A stretch of 64,000 nucleotides of DNA, from contig CP129477.1 of assembly GCA_030583825.1 (NCBI GenBank), positions 382,308-446,307 on the forward strand, given 5' to 3'. Source of the stretch: Candidatus Dojkabacteria bacterium. Its GTDB lineage: Bacteria; Patescibacteriota; Dojkabacteria; GCA-002793355. This document shows, piece after piece, positions 1 through 12,900 of this stretch. Made by a program: the position numbers and the translations under genes. Within the stretch, counting starts at the first letter, position 1, and each line of letters starts with the position of its first letter. The notes below the pieces were generated by a model, which did not search any database, was not told the origin of the DNA, and saw only the letters and a list, made by a program, of their open reading frames with translations.

Positions 1-187
1 ATTCCTGCTCCGCACTGTGGCGCTCGCTACGTGGCTCTTTGCCATATTTATTGTTCTCTACACGGTGTTGTCATGACAACTTTGATCTTTTCTCGCCGCG
101 GGGCAGGCCTATCATCTCACGATGTTACCTGCCTCGCTCTCGCTACTAAAGCCAAATAAACAAAAAATTCCCCCTACTATTCGTTCC

Positions 188-658
188 CTACATAAATACC
201 ACCCTAAATCCGTATGTTCCGCCACTACATCCCCCTATTATTTCCGCGCCTGAATCTTGTGATACCACTTCAATATCTGTATCAGCTGTTGGCGGCAACG
301 TTTGGTGAACACCAAGTGATGGAATCGTTAAAGCTGCGCTGCAATCGAATGTCCCGCTTGTTTTAAACCGTAATAGAGTAGGAACTCCAGCTTTTGCCTC
401 TATTTGCGAAGGAGAAAATCCTCCTTTCGTCTTTATTTCAACAATTTGAACACCATCCTCTCGAATATATACCGTCTCTAAAGCAGTATCTTGCCCAATA
501 TTCTCTCCTCTCCCTGCACTACTTACCGAAAAAAATACGTATGTGCCTAAAATAACGGATAAAAACGTTGCAACGATAATAATTGCTATTCCACGAGAGT
601 TTACTGAAGACATCGTCATATTCGCTGTATTCCTGTGTTCGGCTGAGTGATGAGGCAT
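188..658 (-). CDS. Small membrane-anchored cupredoxin-like protein, paralog A. It has an N-terminal TM helix and a conserved TKGTFDCSA...TIP..G core.
   Basis: 156-aa ORF with an N-terminal hydrophobic helix. Clear paralogy (about 45% identity over about 90 aa) to ORF 15808..16278, which sits directly upstream of csoR-copA. Shared motifs are KGG(F/Y)xPSxIxAKA and TKGTFDCSAAxTIP. The start codon is uncertain (several in-frame Met). Confidence 0.4.
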   Translation of the reverse strand: MPHHSAEHRNTANMTMSSVNSRGIAIIIVATFLSVILGTYVFFSVSSAGRGENIGQDTALETVYIREDGVQIVEIKTKGGFSPSQIEAKAGVPTLLRFKTSGTFDCSAALTIPSLGVHQTLPPTADTDIEVVSQDSGAEIIGGCSGGTYGFRVVFM

Positions 659-732
659 ACATGTATTATATACCTCACCACATCAAGTTACTACGCAAAA
701 TGCATACTAACGCCGACTAGTAGAGACTAAAT

Positions 733-1662
733 CTATTTCTTTGTACGCTTTCCACGTGCAAGGAAGTACCATCCAATGACAGCTGGAACCAATAGTAATG
801 GAGAGAAGACGACGAGCCAGATTCCAAGTGCGAGAACTGCATCAACTGTTGAAACTAACGCACGAACTGCTGTTTTGAATGTTTTGCCAAATTCAAATGT
901 ACCTTCAGGAACGTATGGAAGTGCAAATTCATCGGTGCTGAAGTAAATTGTAATTTGAGTATTCGTGCTCAGCTCATCCAATGCGCGCTTGCGCCCCTTA
1001 ATTGAGTCAATTTCTGACTGCATATTTGTTAGCTCTCGCTGGACTTTCAGAATTTCTTCGACTGTTGTCGCTTTTTCATAAATAACCTTCAAGCGGGAAT
1101 ATGTTTCTTCTGCCTGTGCCAGACGTCTCTCTAAATCAGTATATTCCTGGGAAATTTCGTACGACAAAAGCTGAGTATCAACGATTTTTATACTTTCCGA
1201 TGTCACCTTATCCAAAAATGTCTCAACTTGTGCATTTGGGACAAGAACCATAAGAGTTCCAAAAGAGTTTGTTCCATCCACAGTTTCGGATAAATTCACA
1301 TTCATTACTTTTCCACCGGCTAGCTCGGCCTGAACAGAAATTTTGTTTGAGAAGTCCTGTGTATTCTTCACATGGGCGCTCACATAGTTACGGGTAATAC
1401 GGCGATCTACAGAGTTTCCAACAACAGTTTCCTGCTTTGCTCCGGAAAAATCATAGTCTAACGAAGGAGCAAGCGTTAAGCCATTTGCTGCCGAATCCAT
1501 CCCTACACCACCGCGATACGACGGCATACTACTTGAATAATATTGGTTTCTTGGCATAAACATGCCGATTACGAGAATACCCATTAACACTGCTCCGCCA
1601 ACAAGCCCGAAAATCACGAGTTTTGCTTTCTTAAGAAGCGGAAAATTAACAGTTTCAGTCAT
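733..1662 (-). CDS. DUF4349-like membrane protein with an N-terminal TM, a central coiled coil and a C-terminal TM anchor.
   Basis: 309-aa ORF with N-terminal and C-terminal hydrophobic segments. The central region (LERRLAQAEETYSRLK...SIKGRKRALDELS) resembles the DUF4349 architecture. Assigned from memory of the family, not by search. Confidence 0.35.
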   Translation of the reverse strand: MTETVNFPLLKKAKLVIFGLVGGAVLMGILVIGMFMPRNQYYSSSMPSYRGGVGMDSAANGLTLAPSLDYDFSGAKQETVVGNSVDRRITRNYVSAHVKNTQDFSNKISVQAELAGGKVMNVNLSETVDGTNSFGTLMVLVPNAQVETFLDKVTSESIKIVDTQLLSYEISQEYTDLERRLAQAEETYSRLKVIYEKATTVEEILKVQRELTNMQSEIDSIKGRKRALDELSTNTQITIYFSTDEFALPYVPEGTFEFGKTFKTAVRALVSTVDAVLALGIWLVVFSPLLLVPAVIGWYFLARGKRTKK

Positions 1663-1771
1663 AAAAATGTGACTAAAATTAAAGGCGAAATGCCTGAATC
1701 ATTATACGCCGTTCTTACATTTTCGTGAATATGATTTACCTCTAATTAATCCACCAAGTTTTTACTTTCGG

Positions 1772-2842
1772 TTATGTGCTTTCAAGCATGGATTCGATTT
1801 CCTTAAAAAGAGATACTTTATCAATATCTTTGCCAATAAAAACGATTCGGGTTGTTTCATAGTCGAAATCTTTCTTTGGCGAGATGTATGGAATAAGCGA
1901 GCGAGATGCTCCTACAGACTGGAAAAGGAAAAACGATGGCTCAGTTTCTGCGTGGAACTTTATGAAACCTTTTGCTCTAATAATATTCCGTGGGAATTTA
2001 TCTCTCAAAAATCCGTCGAACTTTGTAAAGTCAACACGTTTTTCAGTAGTAAATACAATTTCATCTACATGATCGTGCTCATGATGATGGTCATGCTCGT
2101 GGTTGTGGTGCTCCTCATGCGAATGATGTTCATGTGTGTGATGTTCATGTGTGTGATGTTCATGTGTGTGATGTTCATGGTTATGTTCCTCGCGATGAGT
2201 ATCCTGCCTTCCCATACGTGATAACTTTTCAATAGTCCAATCGCCTGCACTAATCAAGATATCTGTATCGTGTTTTCCTTCACTCGTTAAGGTTGTTGTT
2301 GCAGCTTTTGGATTTACTGTCGCAACTGTTTCTGCTATTTTCTGCAATGAGTCGGCTGAAATGCCTTCAACTTTATTCAGTGCCACAAGATCTGCATAAT
2401 ACAGTTGTTTTACTCCAGTAACAAAGTTCTTAAACCCTAAGTCAAAGTTACTCGCATCCACAACGCAAATTACAGCATCAAGAATTACTCCGTAGTCGGT
2501 CAACTCAGACCACAGAAATGTTTGAATCACAGGGCTTACTTCTGCCAAGCCGGATGCCTCGATGATAATATGAGAAATTTTCGTATCTTGTGCCAGCATT
2601 TTCTTTACCGATGTCAAAATATCTTCCCTTGCGACACAACAAATACAGCCGTTGGATAATTCGACTAATTCTTCTGTTTCAAGCTCAATAAGCTGGCCAT
2701 CAATAGAAACTTCTCCAAACTCGTTAACGATAATGCCAAATTTTTTGTCTTTATGCTCTGCCAAGATTTTATTTACCAGCGTTGTTTTTCCACTCCCTAA
2801 AAACCCGGTAATTATGGTCACAGGTATTTCTTTTTCAAACAT
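1772..2842 (-). CDS. COG0523/CobW-family G3E GTPase (zinc metallochaperone, ZigA/YeiR-like) with a His-rich insertion.
   Basis: Walker [11 protein letters not shown], a CxCC metal motif (GCICC), and a His-rich tract [37 protein letters not shown]. CobW C-terminal domain follows. Confidence 0.85.
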   Translation of the reverse strand: MFEKEIPVTIITGFLGSGKTTLVNKILAEHKDKKFGIIVNEFGEVSIDGQLIELETEELVELSNGCICCVAREDILTSVKKMLAQDTKISHIIIEASGLAEVSPVIQTFLWSELTDYGVILDAVICVVDASNFDLGFKNFVTGVKQLYYADLVALNKVEGISADSLQKIAETVATVNPKAATTTLTSEGKHDTDILISAGDWTIEKLSRMGRQDTHREEHNHEHHTHEHHTHEHHTHEHHSHEEHHNHEHDHHHEHDHVDEIVFTTEKRVDFTKFDGFLRDKFPRNIIRAKGFIKFHAETEPSFFLFQSVGASRSLIPYISPKKDFDYETTRIVFIGKDIDKVSLFKEIESMLEST

Positions 2843-2954
2843 GAGAAGGTGTATTATCTAAAAACTACTGTAAGAATTTTCCCACAATATTCTCGTAATT
2901 GCTATTTTAAGCGTGAAATATCCCCAACTATTCGAAAAAACGCTATAATCCTTC

Positions 2955-3881
2955 ATGAAAAACATTTTAATCACCGGCGCAGCTGGATTCATTGGAAGCT
3001 CTCTTGCTGAGAGACTTTCTCAAAATAAAGAGTATTCTCTTGTTCTTGTAGACAATTTTCTTACAGGCAAAGAGCAATTTATTGTCAAAAAGGACAATAC
3101 TCAGTTTATAAAAGCAGATGTAAACCAGTATGAAGATATTGCCCCATTGATGTCAGCAAACCGTTTTGATTATGTTTTTCATTATGCAGCAGTAGTTGGG
3201 GTTCAACGAACACTTCAAAACCCGGTAATGGTACTCCACGACATCGAAGGACTTAAAAATATTCTTTCTTTAGCTAAAAATACAGGAGTAGAAAGAGTAT
3301 TCTTTTCATCATCGTCAGAAGTATACGGAGAGCCGGTTGAGATTCCACAAAATGAAAGCACTACTCCATTAAACGCGCGACTTCCGTACGCAATTGTAAA
3401 AAATCTTGGAGAAGCATTTCTCCGCTCATACCAGCAGGAATATGGGCTCAATTATACAATTTTTAGATTTTTTAATACGTACGGCGCAAGGCAAAGTCCT
3501 GATTTTGTGATGTCCAAGTTTATTCAGAAAGCAAAAAAGAACGAAGATATCACGGTGTATGGTGATGGGTCACAAACACGAACTTTTTGTTACGTTGAAG
3601 ATAACCTCGACGCAACTGTTAGAACTTTGGAAGAAAACCTATTCGTAAACGATGTCGTAAATATTGGTAGTGACATTGAAATCAGCATACTGGACTTAGC
3701 GAAACTTATTATAGAAATAACCGGATCAGAGTCCAAGATTGTTCATCTTCCCCCACTTAAAGAAGGAGATATGTCGCGTCGTAAACCGGATGTCACCAAT
3801 ATGAAAAAGCTTTTGCAGCATGATTTTACTCCAATCGAAGAAGGCATTCGCAAAGTAATCGAAGCACAAAACGCACAGTAA
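2955..3881 (+). CDS. NAD-dependent epimerase/dehydratase, extended SDR, similar to UDP-glucuronate decarboxylase (UXS).
   Basis: GAAGFIGS Rossmann motif, the SSSEVYG motif, a YxxxK catalytic motif (PYAIVK), and RFFNTYGARQ typical of UXS/ArnA-type decarboxylases. Confidence 0.8.
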   Translation: MKNILITGAAGFIGSSLAERLSQNKEYSLVLVDNFLTGKEQFIVKKDNTQFIKADVNQYEDIAPLMSANRFDYVFHYAAVVGVQRTLQNPVMVLHDIEGLKNILSLAKNTGVERVFFSSSSEVYGEPVEIPQNESTTPLNARLPYAIVKNLGEAFLRSYQQEYGLNYTIFRFFNTYGARQSPDFVMSKFIQKAKKNEDITVYGDGSQTRTFCYVEDNLDATVRTLEENLFVNDVVNIGSDIEISILDLAKLIIEITGSESKIVHLPPLKEGDMSRRKPDVTNMKKLLQHDFTPIEEGIRKVIEAQNAQ

Positions 3882-3909
3882 CTCTCTCGCTTTGTAGATC
3901 CTATCTTGT

Positions 3910-6900
3910 TTATTTTAAGGCTTTTGTCCCGCTTGCTGACACTTTCGAGGATTTTAGCTGTTTTACACTGATATTTTCCCTAACGATGCGTATTGCACTA
4001 TCTTTTTCAGCGTTGACATATAATTTTTCGTTTGTTGCTTTCGTATTCGTCATCTTGTAAGTTGCATCAATAAGGCGAATAAAGTAGTCACGGTTTGGTA
4101 CGTAGAATGCGTACTTACCCGACTTATCTGTAAATGTCCGTGTTACCAATGTTTGAAACTCTGTCTCGTAGAGACCAACTTCAACTCCGGCAACAGGCTG
4201 TAATACTCCTTTTGAAACTGTTCCAAAGTCCGGAATGCGCAAAAGATAGGCTTTCAAGGCAAAGAATCCACCATAAAATGTAAGTACTACCATATTTACA
4301 AACGATGGAGTAATAAAGGTTGCCCAAATACTGTAAGCAAAGCCTCCATATAATAGCGCTGAATTAAGCTTTTCAAATACAAAGAGTGCTCGTGTTTTTA
4401 CAAGTCTCCAGGTAAGTTTCGCTTTATCCTCCGTTTTTTCGGGATCAATTGGAATTGTTAACGTTACAGGTGCATTATCTGCTTTAATTTCTAGTGTTTC
4501 TCCATGATAAACGTTCATGAATGCGTCATCTGTTTCACCTGGCACAATGGCTGACGGAAAGACATACCCTATTTTCGTAACTTGAATAAAGTATTTTCCC
4601 GCTTTTGGAGTAAGTTTAAATACACCCTGCGCGTCGGTAACTGCCGTTGTTACAATTTTTCCACTGCCTGCATCAAAAAGACGGATGATTGCTCTTCCAA
4701 GTGGTTTCTTAGTGACGCCATCGTATACAACTCCCCACGGAATTCTTCGACGTAGTCGCTCAATAAGACCGACACCGGCAAGCCATATATTTCCTTGCGC
4801 AGCTCCTCCCAAAATCGGAAGAACTGTTTCTGCAACAATAATTGCGCCAACAACGCCAGCACTTAAATCTTGTGGAGTAAATCCAACAAAGAATAATGAT
4901 ACTGTCTGCGTTTTTTGACAATTTTCACCGACAGCTTTAATAGTAAATTGCTGAGAACGATCTGCGACGAATCCATATAAACCATTTGGAGCGACCTCTG
5001 ATCCAATCGTATCAATAGCAACGCTGGTCGCATCAATAACTTTCCAACTCAATACTACTCTTTCATCTGGTGTTGCAAAAGAATCGCTAAGCTTAAATTC
5101 CTGAATAACAGGACACATTGCATTTGGCGGAATTGTAGGAAATGGAGTCATCGTTGGTGTTGGAATTGGGGTACCGGAAGGCAGAGGATTAATCACAAAC
5201 TCTGTAGGTGTTGGAGTAGGCAATGGTGTTTCGCTATTATTTACAGTAATTGTGATCGTCATCGTTACAATTGAGTCGTCTGGGCGAGTTCCTTGGATCA
5301 TAAATGACATTGTTTGAGGAATAGAGACGTTCACTGTTCCATTTGCCGGAACGCTGCCAATTCCATTATCAATAATGAGATTCGTCATAAACTGGCTTGT
5401 CCATTGCAACGTAATAACCTGATTTTGTGCAACAAAGTAGTCACTTGATGTGAATGTTAAATTCGGAACAGAAGGAATAGCTACCGTAAATGCAGCAGTA
5501 TCTGTTAAGGCCGGAGTATGGACATCTTCTACAGTAATTGTAAAATTACCAGCTTCGTAGAACAACACATTTTGAAACACTTTCTGCCCATTATCTCCCA
5601 CAGTAAATGTGTAATTGTCAGGCAGATCTGCGGTCAAACTTGTGCTGGAAAATGTCACTTCTCCTCGATATGTTGTATCCACATTGTTGTTCTGATCGCG
5701 TGCAATAACAGTGAGCTCAATTACTTCGCCTGTTAACAGATTTGTTTTACTTGGAATTAATTCAATTGCCACTGTAGACGAAATTGTAAAGTCTGATTCA
5801 CTGTCCGCATTGTTTCCGAACGATTTCCAGTCACTGAAAAGTCCATTGCTTACATTTACAGTACGCACTCGCCATTTATACGAAGTTCCCACTTCGAGAT
5901 TCGTAATTGTTGCAGACAATAACTGCGGTGCTCCACCAGTAAATACAATTGTGTTCGAAGTATGAACGTTTGTAACACCATCAAATGACTGATTTACTTC
6001 TTTTAATTCAAATTCAAGACGCAGACTTTTTGGACTTCCAGGAGACGCTCCAGCATCGTATGCATTTGCTTTAAGCGTGACTGTCGTGCCACCAATAACT
6101 CCACCAACTGGAATAACTTCTTCTCCTGCGCCAAGTACTGAACCTTCGGACATTACCGGCGTTTCATATACAGGTTGTCTAAATTGCTGCGCGAATACTT
6201 GAGTTGCTTTGTCTCTTCTTATTAATTCTGAGCTTGAGCCCGGAGACACAGGTGCGTATTGGTTCTCAAAGTCAGGAGGTAATGGAACTGAGTTAGGCTC
6301 CGGTGGGTATGTTCCAATCTGACCTTCCTGTGCTGACGCGCCAGCTCCAAATGCAACAGAAATTGAACCCGACACTTCACAAGGGCCGCTTGCAAAGAGG
6401 ATTGATATTCTTCCTCCTCCACCGCCACCACCGTCAAATGTTCCGTCACCGCCATTGCCTCCCATTGCAGAGAGAGTTCCGCCAATATCACATGAATCAC
6501 CGTAGAGAAGAATTGAGCCGCCGGCTCCGCCTCCACCACCAGGACTACCGGTTGCGCCGCCTGTTCCATTCATAAGAATAGAACCTTTTACGGTAATAGC
6601 ACCCTGATTTGCCAAGACTGCGAATGCGTTTCCTCCATTTCCACCGATTGCCCCAAGGTTTGATGCACCTCCACCGCTTCCAAGAGTTAGTGGACGATAT
6701 TGATCTCCATACTTTATTCCACCGCCTGGGGCAGTGTTAATTCCATCAGATTCTGCAGTACCACCATCTCCTCCATGTGCACCTCCGCTACCACCGGTTT
6801 GTCCGACTCCAATACGTCCTTTTCCAGCACCTTTGCTTGAAGGAAATCCTCTTCCACTTCCGTTAATGACTGCACCTGTGTCTAAAGTAAAGTCTCCAGA

Positions 6901-9900
6901 TAAATTAAGAGCTACACCCTGACCAACCATATATGGCTCGAGCTGTTCAAATTGCTCCAAAGTAAGGCCACGAGCGTGCGCTTCGATTTCTCTCGCTGTT
7001 AGTGCACGGTTCTGAATATGAATTTCATCTAATTTTCCTGCGAATTGGTTTCCCGCAGTTGAGCTATATCCTCCAATAATTGAAATTGGTTGCGTTGTTT
7101 TTGTGTTTATTGTGCCAACTTTGTTTCCATCTACATAGAAATGAGTTTGAGATCCCTGTGCAACTGTTGCGATATGATGCCACCCTGCTGCCAATGAATC
7201 CACGTCAAAGCCTGAACTATAAAAAGAACTGAAATATGCACCAAGAATACCATCACCATTCACAAGTATGTGGTGATATGTTCCACCATTTTTTGCGACC
7301 AGTGTTCTGTACCCATCTGGCGTCGTCGGCAACGGAAAAGTAGCCCACAATTCGATTGTGTAGTCTGTTGTCGTTGGAACTTCTGGGAACGTAATAACTT
7401 TCTGTGTAGCATTAAAGTTGTATCCATTACTGAACTTTCCTGTTTCTGGAAGAGGTTCTTTAACTGGAGTTGCATGTCTTCCGTATGATGAGCTATCAAG
7501 CAAATATGCTCCTGTACCAGTTACTTCGTCCAAATGCCATAGCGCCAAGGAATTTTCTGTTGCCGCCGGAGCCGATGGAGTGAGTGATGGAGCATTTGAT
7601 GCAAGCACAGTTGTATCGCTTTTTATCCACATTGTGACATTTTGTCCAAGGGTAACATCATGGAATGTCCACTCGCCAGCCTCCATATCTTGTACTCGTC
7701 CTGCACGATTTGCATTTACCACCCTAAAGTTGCCTTGTCCGGCACCATGAAGATTTAATGCTTCTGTGTAGACTGTTCCAGGGCCGCCCCAGTTACTTAC
7801 TCCTCCACCGAGAGATTGAACGTTTGAATCCGAAGTTACAGGGAAGCTTCCTCGAACTATTTCGTACAAAGCAAGGTGACCTCCGCTTCCGCCCTTGGCA
7901 CCACTATTTTGTCCTCCGTTTACAGTAAATGAACCTGTTCCATTAATTGTATTCGCGGCAATCCATAACGAGCCTCCAGCACCTGTGCCAAGGCCAGGGA
8001 ATCCTTTTACTCCATTGCCTCCGTTTGCTGAGACAACACCATTGTTTGTAAAGATTCCGGTCGCAGCAATTTTAATTGCACCACCTCCGGTTCCACCCTG
8101 AGAAATATTACCAAAGTAGTTTCCATTCTGACCACCACTACCTAATGTTACGGGTTGTTTGATACTTCCATATGCGGTTCCTGCGGTACTAATACCATAT
8201 CCTCCATGTGATCCACCTGCTTCACCATTGCCTCCGTATCCTGGGCCGGTATTTATACCATAGCCAGTTCCGTCAGCATGAATTTTTGCAGAAGATTCAA
8301 CGGTCACATCACCATTTACATTGATTGTCACTCCATAATCGTCAAGTCCCTGGCTGTTATTATCGCCTTCGGTTGCGGCACTTCCATCGTATGAATTAAG
8401 AATAACTGTGGATTGCTGTTTTACCGTAAAGGAATCAAAGGTATAAATATCTTGGTTTGGATAACGCGTATTTTGACGCTTTTGCGTTCGTGCATACATC
8501 GTCAATGACGCAGGGTTCTGTCCATTTCCGACAGTTAAGTTGTTTCCACCGGAAATATCTCCAAGAATAGTGAGGTTAATTCTATCTATCGTAAACGCTT
8601 CAGGAAGTTCAAGCATTCCTTCCGGCTCAACACGAGACGCAGTATTGTCTCCTTCAAGTCCCTCTTCGCTGGTAATTTTAAGAGTGGAATCAATACCCAT
8701 TACTCGAAGATGACCGTATTCTTTTACATAAATTTTTGAAAACTCCTGTACAGGATCAAGCACATTATATGGAACTGCCGCACTGAGTGTATTTCGATTA
8801 TTATTGTTCACTCGTAAGTCGCCATTTCCACCGATCGCACCATCTCCATCAATATATACAGTTCCTGGGCCTCCCCAATTATTCACACCGCCACCAAACG
8901 ACTGTAAATTCGTTTTACTTTCAATTGGGAAGTTACCTCGTAAGTTTTCATAAATTGCAATACGTCCTCCACTGCCACCATTTGCACCGCTATTCTCTCC
9001 GCCATTTGCTGCAATAAGACCGTTTCCATTGAGAGTATTTGCAGAAATCCAAATAGAACCACCTGCTCCGGTTCCTAGACCTGGAAATCCTTTTACTCCA
9101 TTTCCACCATTTGCTGAGATTCGACCGTTATTTTGCAATATTCCACTAACTGCAAGACGAATTGCACCGCCTCCGGTTCCTCCATCTGAAATATTACCGA
9201 AATAGTTTCCGTTCTGACCACCGCTACCAAGAGTAACAGGAGTTTTTACGCTTCCATAAGGCGCACCTACTGCACTGACACCAAATCCTCCATGAGAGCC
9301 ACCTGCTTCTCCATTACCTCCGTATCCTGGGCCACTGTTAATTCCAAAGCCTCTTCCGTCGGCGTGAATAACACCGTTCGCATCAATCTGTAGATTTTCA
9401 GCAATAGTTAATGTCACACCATACTCATTGGCATTTTGTTCATTGTTATCATTTGGGGTTCCCGTATTGCCCACATAGCTAACAAGTGTCATTGTTGCTT
9501 GCGACTTTACATGTAGTGACTCAAATTCATAGACGTCTTGGTTTGGAAAACGATCGTTTTGACGCTTCTGTGTTCGCGCATAGAGTGTCACAGCTGCAGG
9601 GTTAGTTTCGTTACCGATTGTAAGATTATCAGCACCAGTAATATCGCCTAATACAGTGAGATTTACGCGATCCACAGTAAATATTTCCGGAAGATCTAAT
9701 AAGCCCTCAGGCTCGATCTTTGATACTGTTGCATCTCCTTCGAGGCCGCTTTCACTTGTGATTTTAAGGGTTGAATCAATACCCATTACTCGAAGATGAC
9801 CGTACTCCCTAACATGAATCTGGGTAAACTCCTGTACCGGGTTTACTGCATCATACGGAATTGCAGCACTATTTGTGTTCTGTCCATTATTGTTTACCCA

Positions 9901-12900
9901 CAAGTGACCATTGCCCCCAGATTGACCGTCGTCATCAATATAAATTGTGCCGGGGCCTCCCCAATTGGATATGCCACCACCAAACGATTGAATATTCGAC
10001 TTCGTTGTAATAGGGAAAGACCCTCGTATTGACTCATAAATTGCAATACGTCCTCCGCTACCACCACTACCACCGTCATTGGAGCCTCCATTTGTTGTTA
10101 TCAGTCCATTTCCGTTAATACTGTTCGCAACTACCCATAACGATCCACCTGCTCCGGTTCCAAGACCTGGAAATCCCTTTACTCCATTCCCTCCACGCGC
10201 TGTAAGTCCTCCATTGACCGTTAATGTTCCCGTAATGTTAAGCTTGATTGCTCCACCTCCGGTTCCTCCGTCTGAAATGTTACCGTAATAGTTTCCATTA
10301 TTACCGCCACTACCAAGAGTTACTGGTTCTTTGACTCGACCGTACGGAGCGCCAACTCCGTTGTAACCATATCCTCCGTGAGATGCACCGCCTTCACCGT
10401 TTCCGCCATAGCCAGGGCCACTGTTTATTGCATACCCTCGGCCATCTGCGCTAACAAGCCCGCCAGTCTCAATTGTAAAATCATCAAGAACATTTAGCGT
10501 TACGCCATATTCATTTAGGTTGGCTTCATTGTTATCTTCTGGAACAGAATTATTACCAACGTATGAAGTCAGATAGAACTGTCCTTGGTTTTTTACCAGA
10601 ACAGAAGTGAACTGATAATTGTCCTGATTTGGTGCATGCAAGTTTTGACGCTTCTGAGTTCGCGCATAGAGAGTTACAATTGCCGGATTCGTACCGTTTC
10701 CAATTGTTAATGAGTCTGCTCCAGACAATTCTCCTAAAATATTGAGGTTTACTCTATCAACAGTAAATACATATGGCACCTGAAGCGTTCCTTCCGGCTC
10801 AATCTTTGAAACAGTGTTATCACCGTCAATGCCGTCTTCATCGAGAATACGAAGAGTTGAGTCAATGCCCATTACCCGAAGATGACCATACTCTTTTACA
10901 TGAATTTTAGTAAATTCCTGGATTGGATTTGCATCGTCATACGGAATACCTGCACTGTTCGTGTTTTTACCATCGTTATTAACCCACAATTCTCCGTTTC
11001 CACCTGATTGACCGTCGTTATCAATATAGATTGTGCCGGGGCCTCCCCAATTGGATACGCCACCACCAAATGCTGTGACTTTTGTTCTGTCGGTAATAGG
11101 ATAATCTCCGCGAGTATTTTCATAAATTGCGATGCGACCTCCACTGCCACCACTTGCTCCATCGTTTGACCCTCCATTTACATTGAGTAGTCCATTACCA
11201 TTAATTGTGTCGGCAATAATCCATAGTGAGCCACCCGCACCGGTTCCAAGGCCAGGGAATCCTTTAACCCCATTGCCTCCGCGAGATGTAATTTCTCCGT
11301 TAACAACCAAATCTCCTCCAGTTATGATCTTGACTGCTCCACCGCCACGGCCTCCCGTTGAAATATTACCGTAATAGTTTCCATCCTGGCCACCACTACC
11401 CATTGTTAATGGATTTTTTACGCTTCCATACGGCAGTCCGACCGCGCTCACACCATATCCTCCATGCGATCCGCCTGCTTCTCCGTTTCCACCGTAACCA
11501 GGGCCAGTATTTGTATTATAACCACGTCCATCAGCGCTTACTTTACCACCTGATTGGACATCAAAATTTCCTGAAACCGTTATGCTTACGCCATAGTCAT
11601 CGAGATTCACTGCATTGTTATCTGTTGTTACAGAAGAGTTTCCGTCATATGAAACAAGCGCAAATTCTCCCTGACTTTTAACAGTGATCGTTGAAAATGA
11701 ATAATGATCGTGGTTAGGAAAGTGATTGCTCTGACGCTTTTGTGTTCGAGCATATAAAGTCATTACTGCAGGATGTGTACCATTTCCAACAGTGAGTGTT
11801 GTTGCGCCAATATAATCACCAATGATGTTCAAATTTATGCGATCCACAGTAAAAGTTTCTGGAATATCGAGCATACCTTCGGGTTCTACTTTCGATGTTG
11901 TATTGTCGCCTTCTAGGCCATCTTCATTAGCGATTTTAAGGGTGGAACCAATTCCTAATACTCGGAGGTGACCGTATTCTTTGACGTAAATTTTATTAAA
12001 CTCTTGAAGTGGCTTGTCTGGGTCAAACGGAATTCCCGCACTGTTCGTGTTGTTTCCATTATTATTCACATAAAGATCTCCATTACCGCCTGTGTCGCCA
12101 TCTGCATCAATATAAATTGTTCCTGGCCCACCAATTGTTGAAGACCCTCCTCCAAATGCTTGCATGTTCGCTTTATTGCCAAGTGGAAATGTTCCTGTAT
12201 TGGACTGATAAACTGCAATACGTCCTCCACTTCCGCCATTCGAGTCTTGATTTACACCACCATTCGCTCGAATAAGTCCATCTCCATTGAGGGAAGTTCC
12301 AGATAACCAAATACTTCCACCTGCTCCTGTTCCCAAGCTTGGAAAACCCTTTACTCCGGGGCCACCATTTGCGGAAATAGTCCCATTTACCGTAATTGTT
12401 GCTGTAGAGATGAGACGAATTGCTCCACCTCCAGTTCCACCATCTGAAGTATTCCCAAAATAGTTACCTCCTTGACCTCCGCTACCAAGAGTTGCCGGCT
12501 CTTGTACACTACCATATGGCCCATTGGCGGCATTAATTCCATATCCTCCATGTGATCCACCAGCTTCACTATTGCTGCCATAGCCTGGGCCACCATTCTG
12601 ACCGTATCCTTGTCCATCTGCAGAAATAACACCACCATCTTCGACTTCAAATGCATCGGCGAGAACTGTCGTGCTAAAGTCGTTTGCGTAGTTTGCATCA
12701 AGACTGTCATAACCTCTCAAAGTTAATGTTGCACCATTTCTTACATAGAGAGTTCCCAATCCACGGCAGTCAAATACACCACCAGGGACGTCAATCGCAT
12801 TCCATGTTTGATTCGTGTCAACATCAATATCTGGACAACTGCCAATTTCAGATACAAATGTAATGCTCTTAGAAACACCTGTATTTGAGTTTCCATCTGT

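Noticed and set aside
1884-2250. Small ORFs overlapping the COG0523 gene (1884..2072, 1952..2221, 2065..2250), including Met/Val-rich and NITHM-repeat peptides.
   Set aside because: These are alternative-frame readings of the His-codon tandem repeat. They have no independent support.
7895-11374. Plus-strand ORFs of 60-110 aa inside the giant gene (for example 7895..8101, 10079..10288, 11132..11374, 13871..14338), rich in Pro/Ala.
   Set aside because: They are antisense shadow frames of the Gly-rich, GGN-codon-dense minus-strand gene. They recur with the ~1.09-kb repeat period, which only reflects the tandem repeats.
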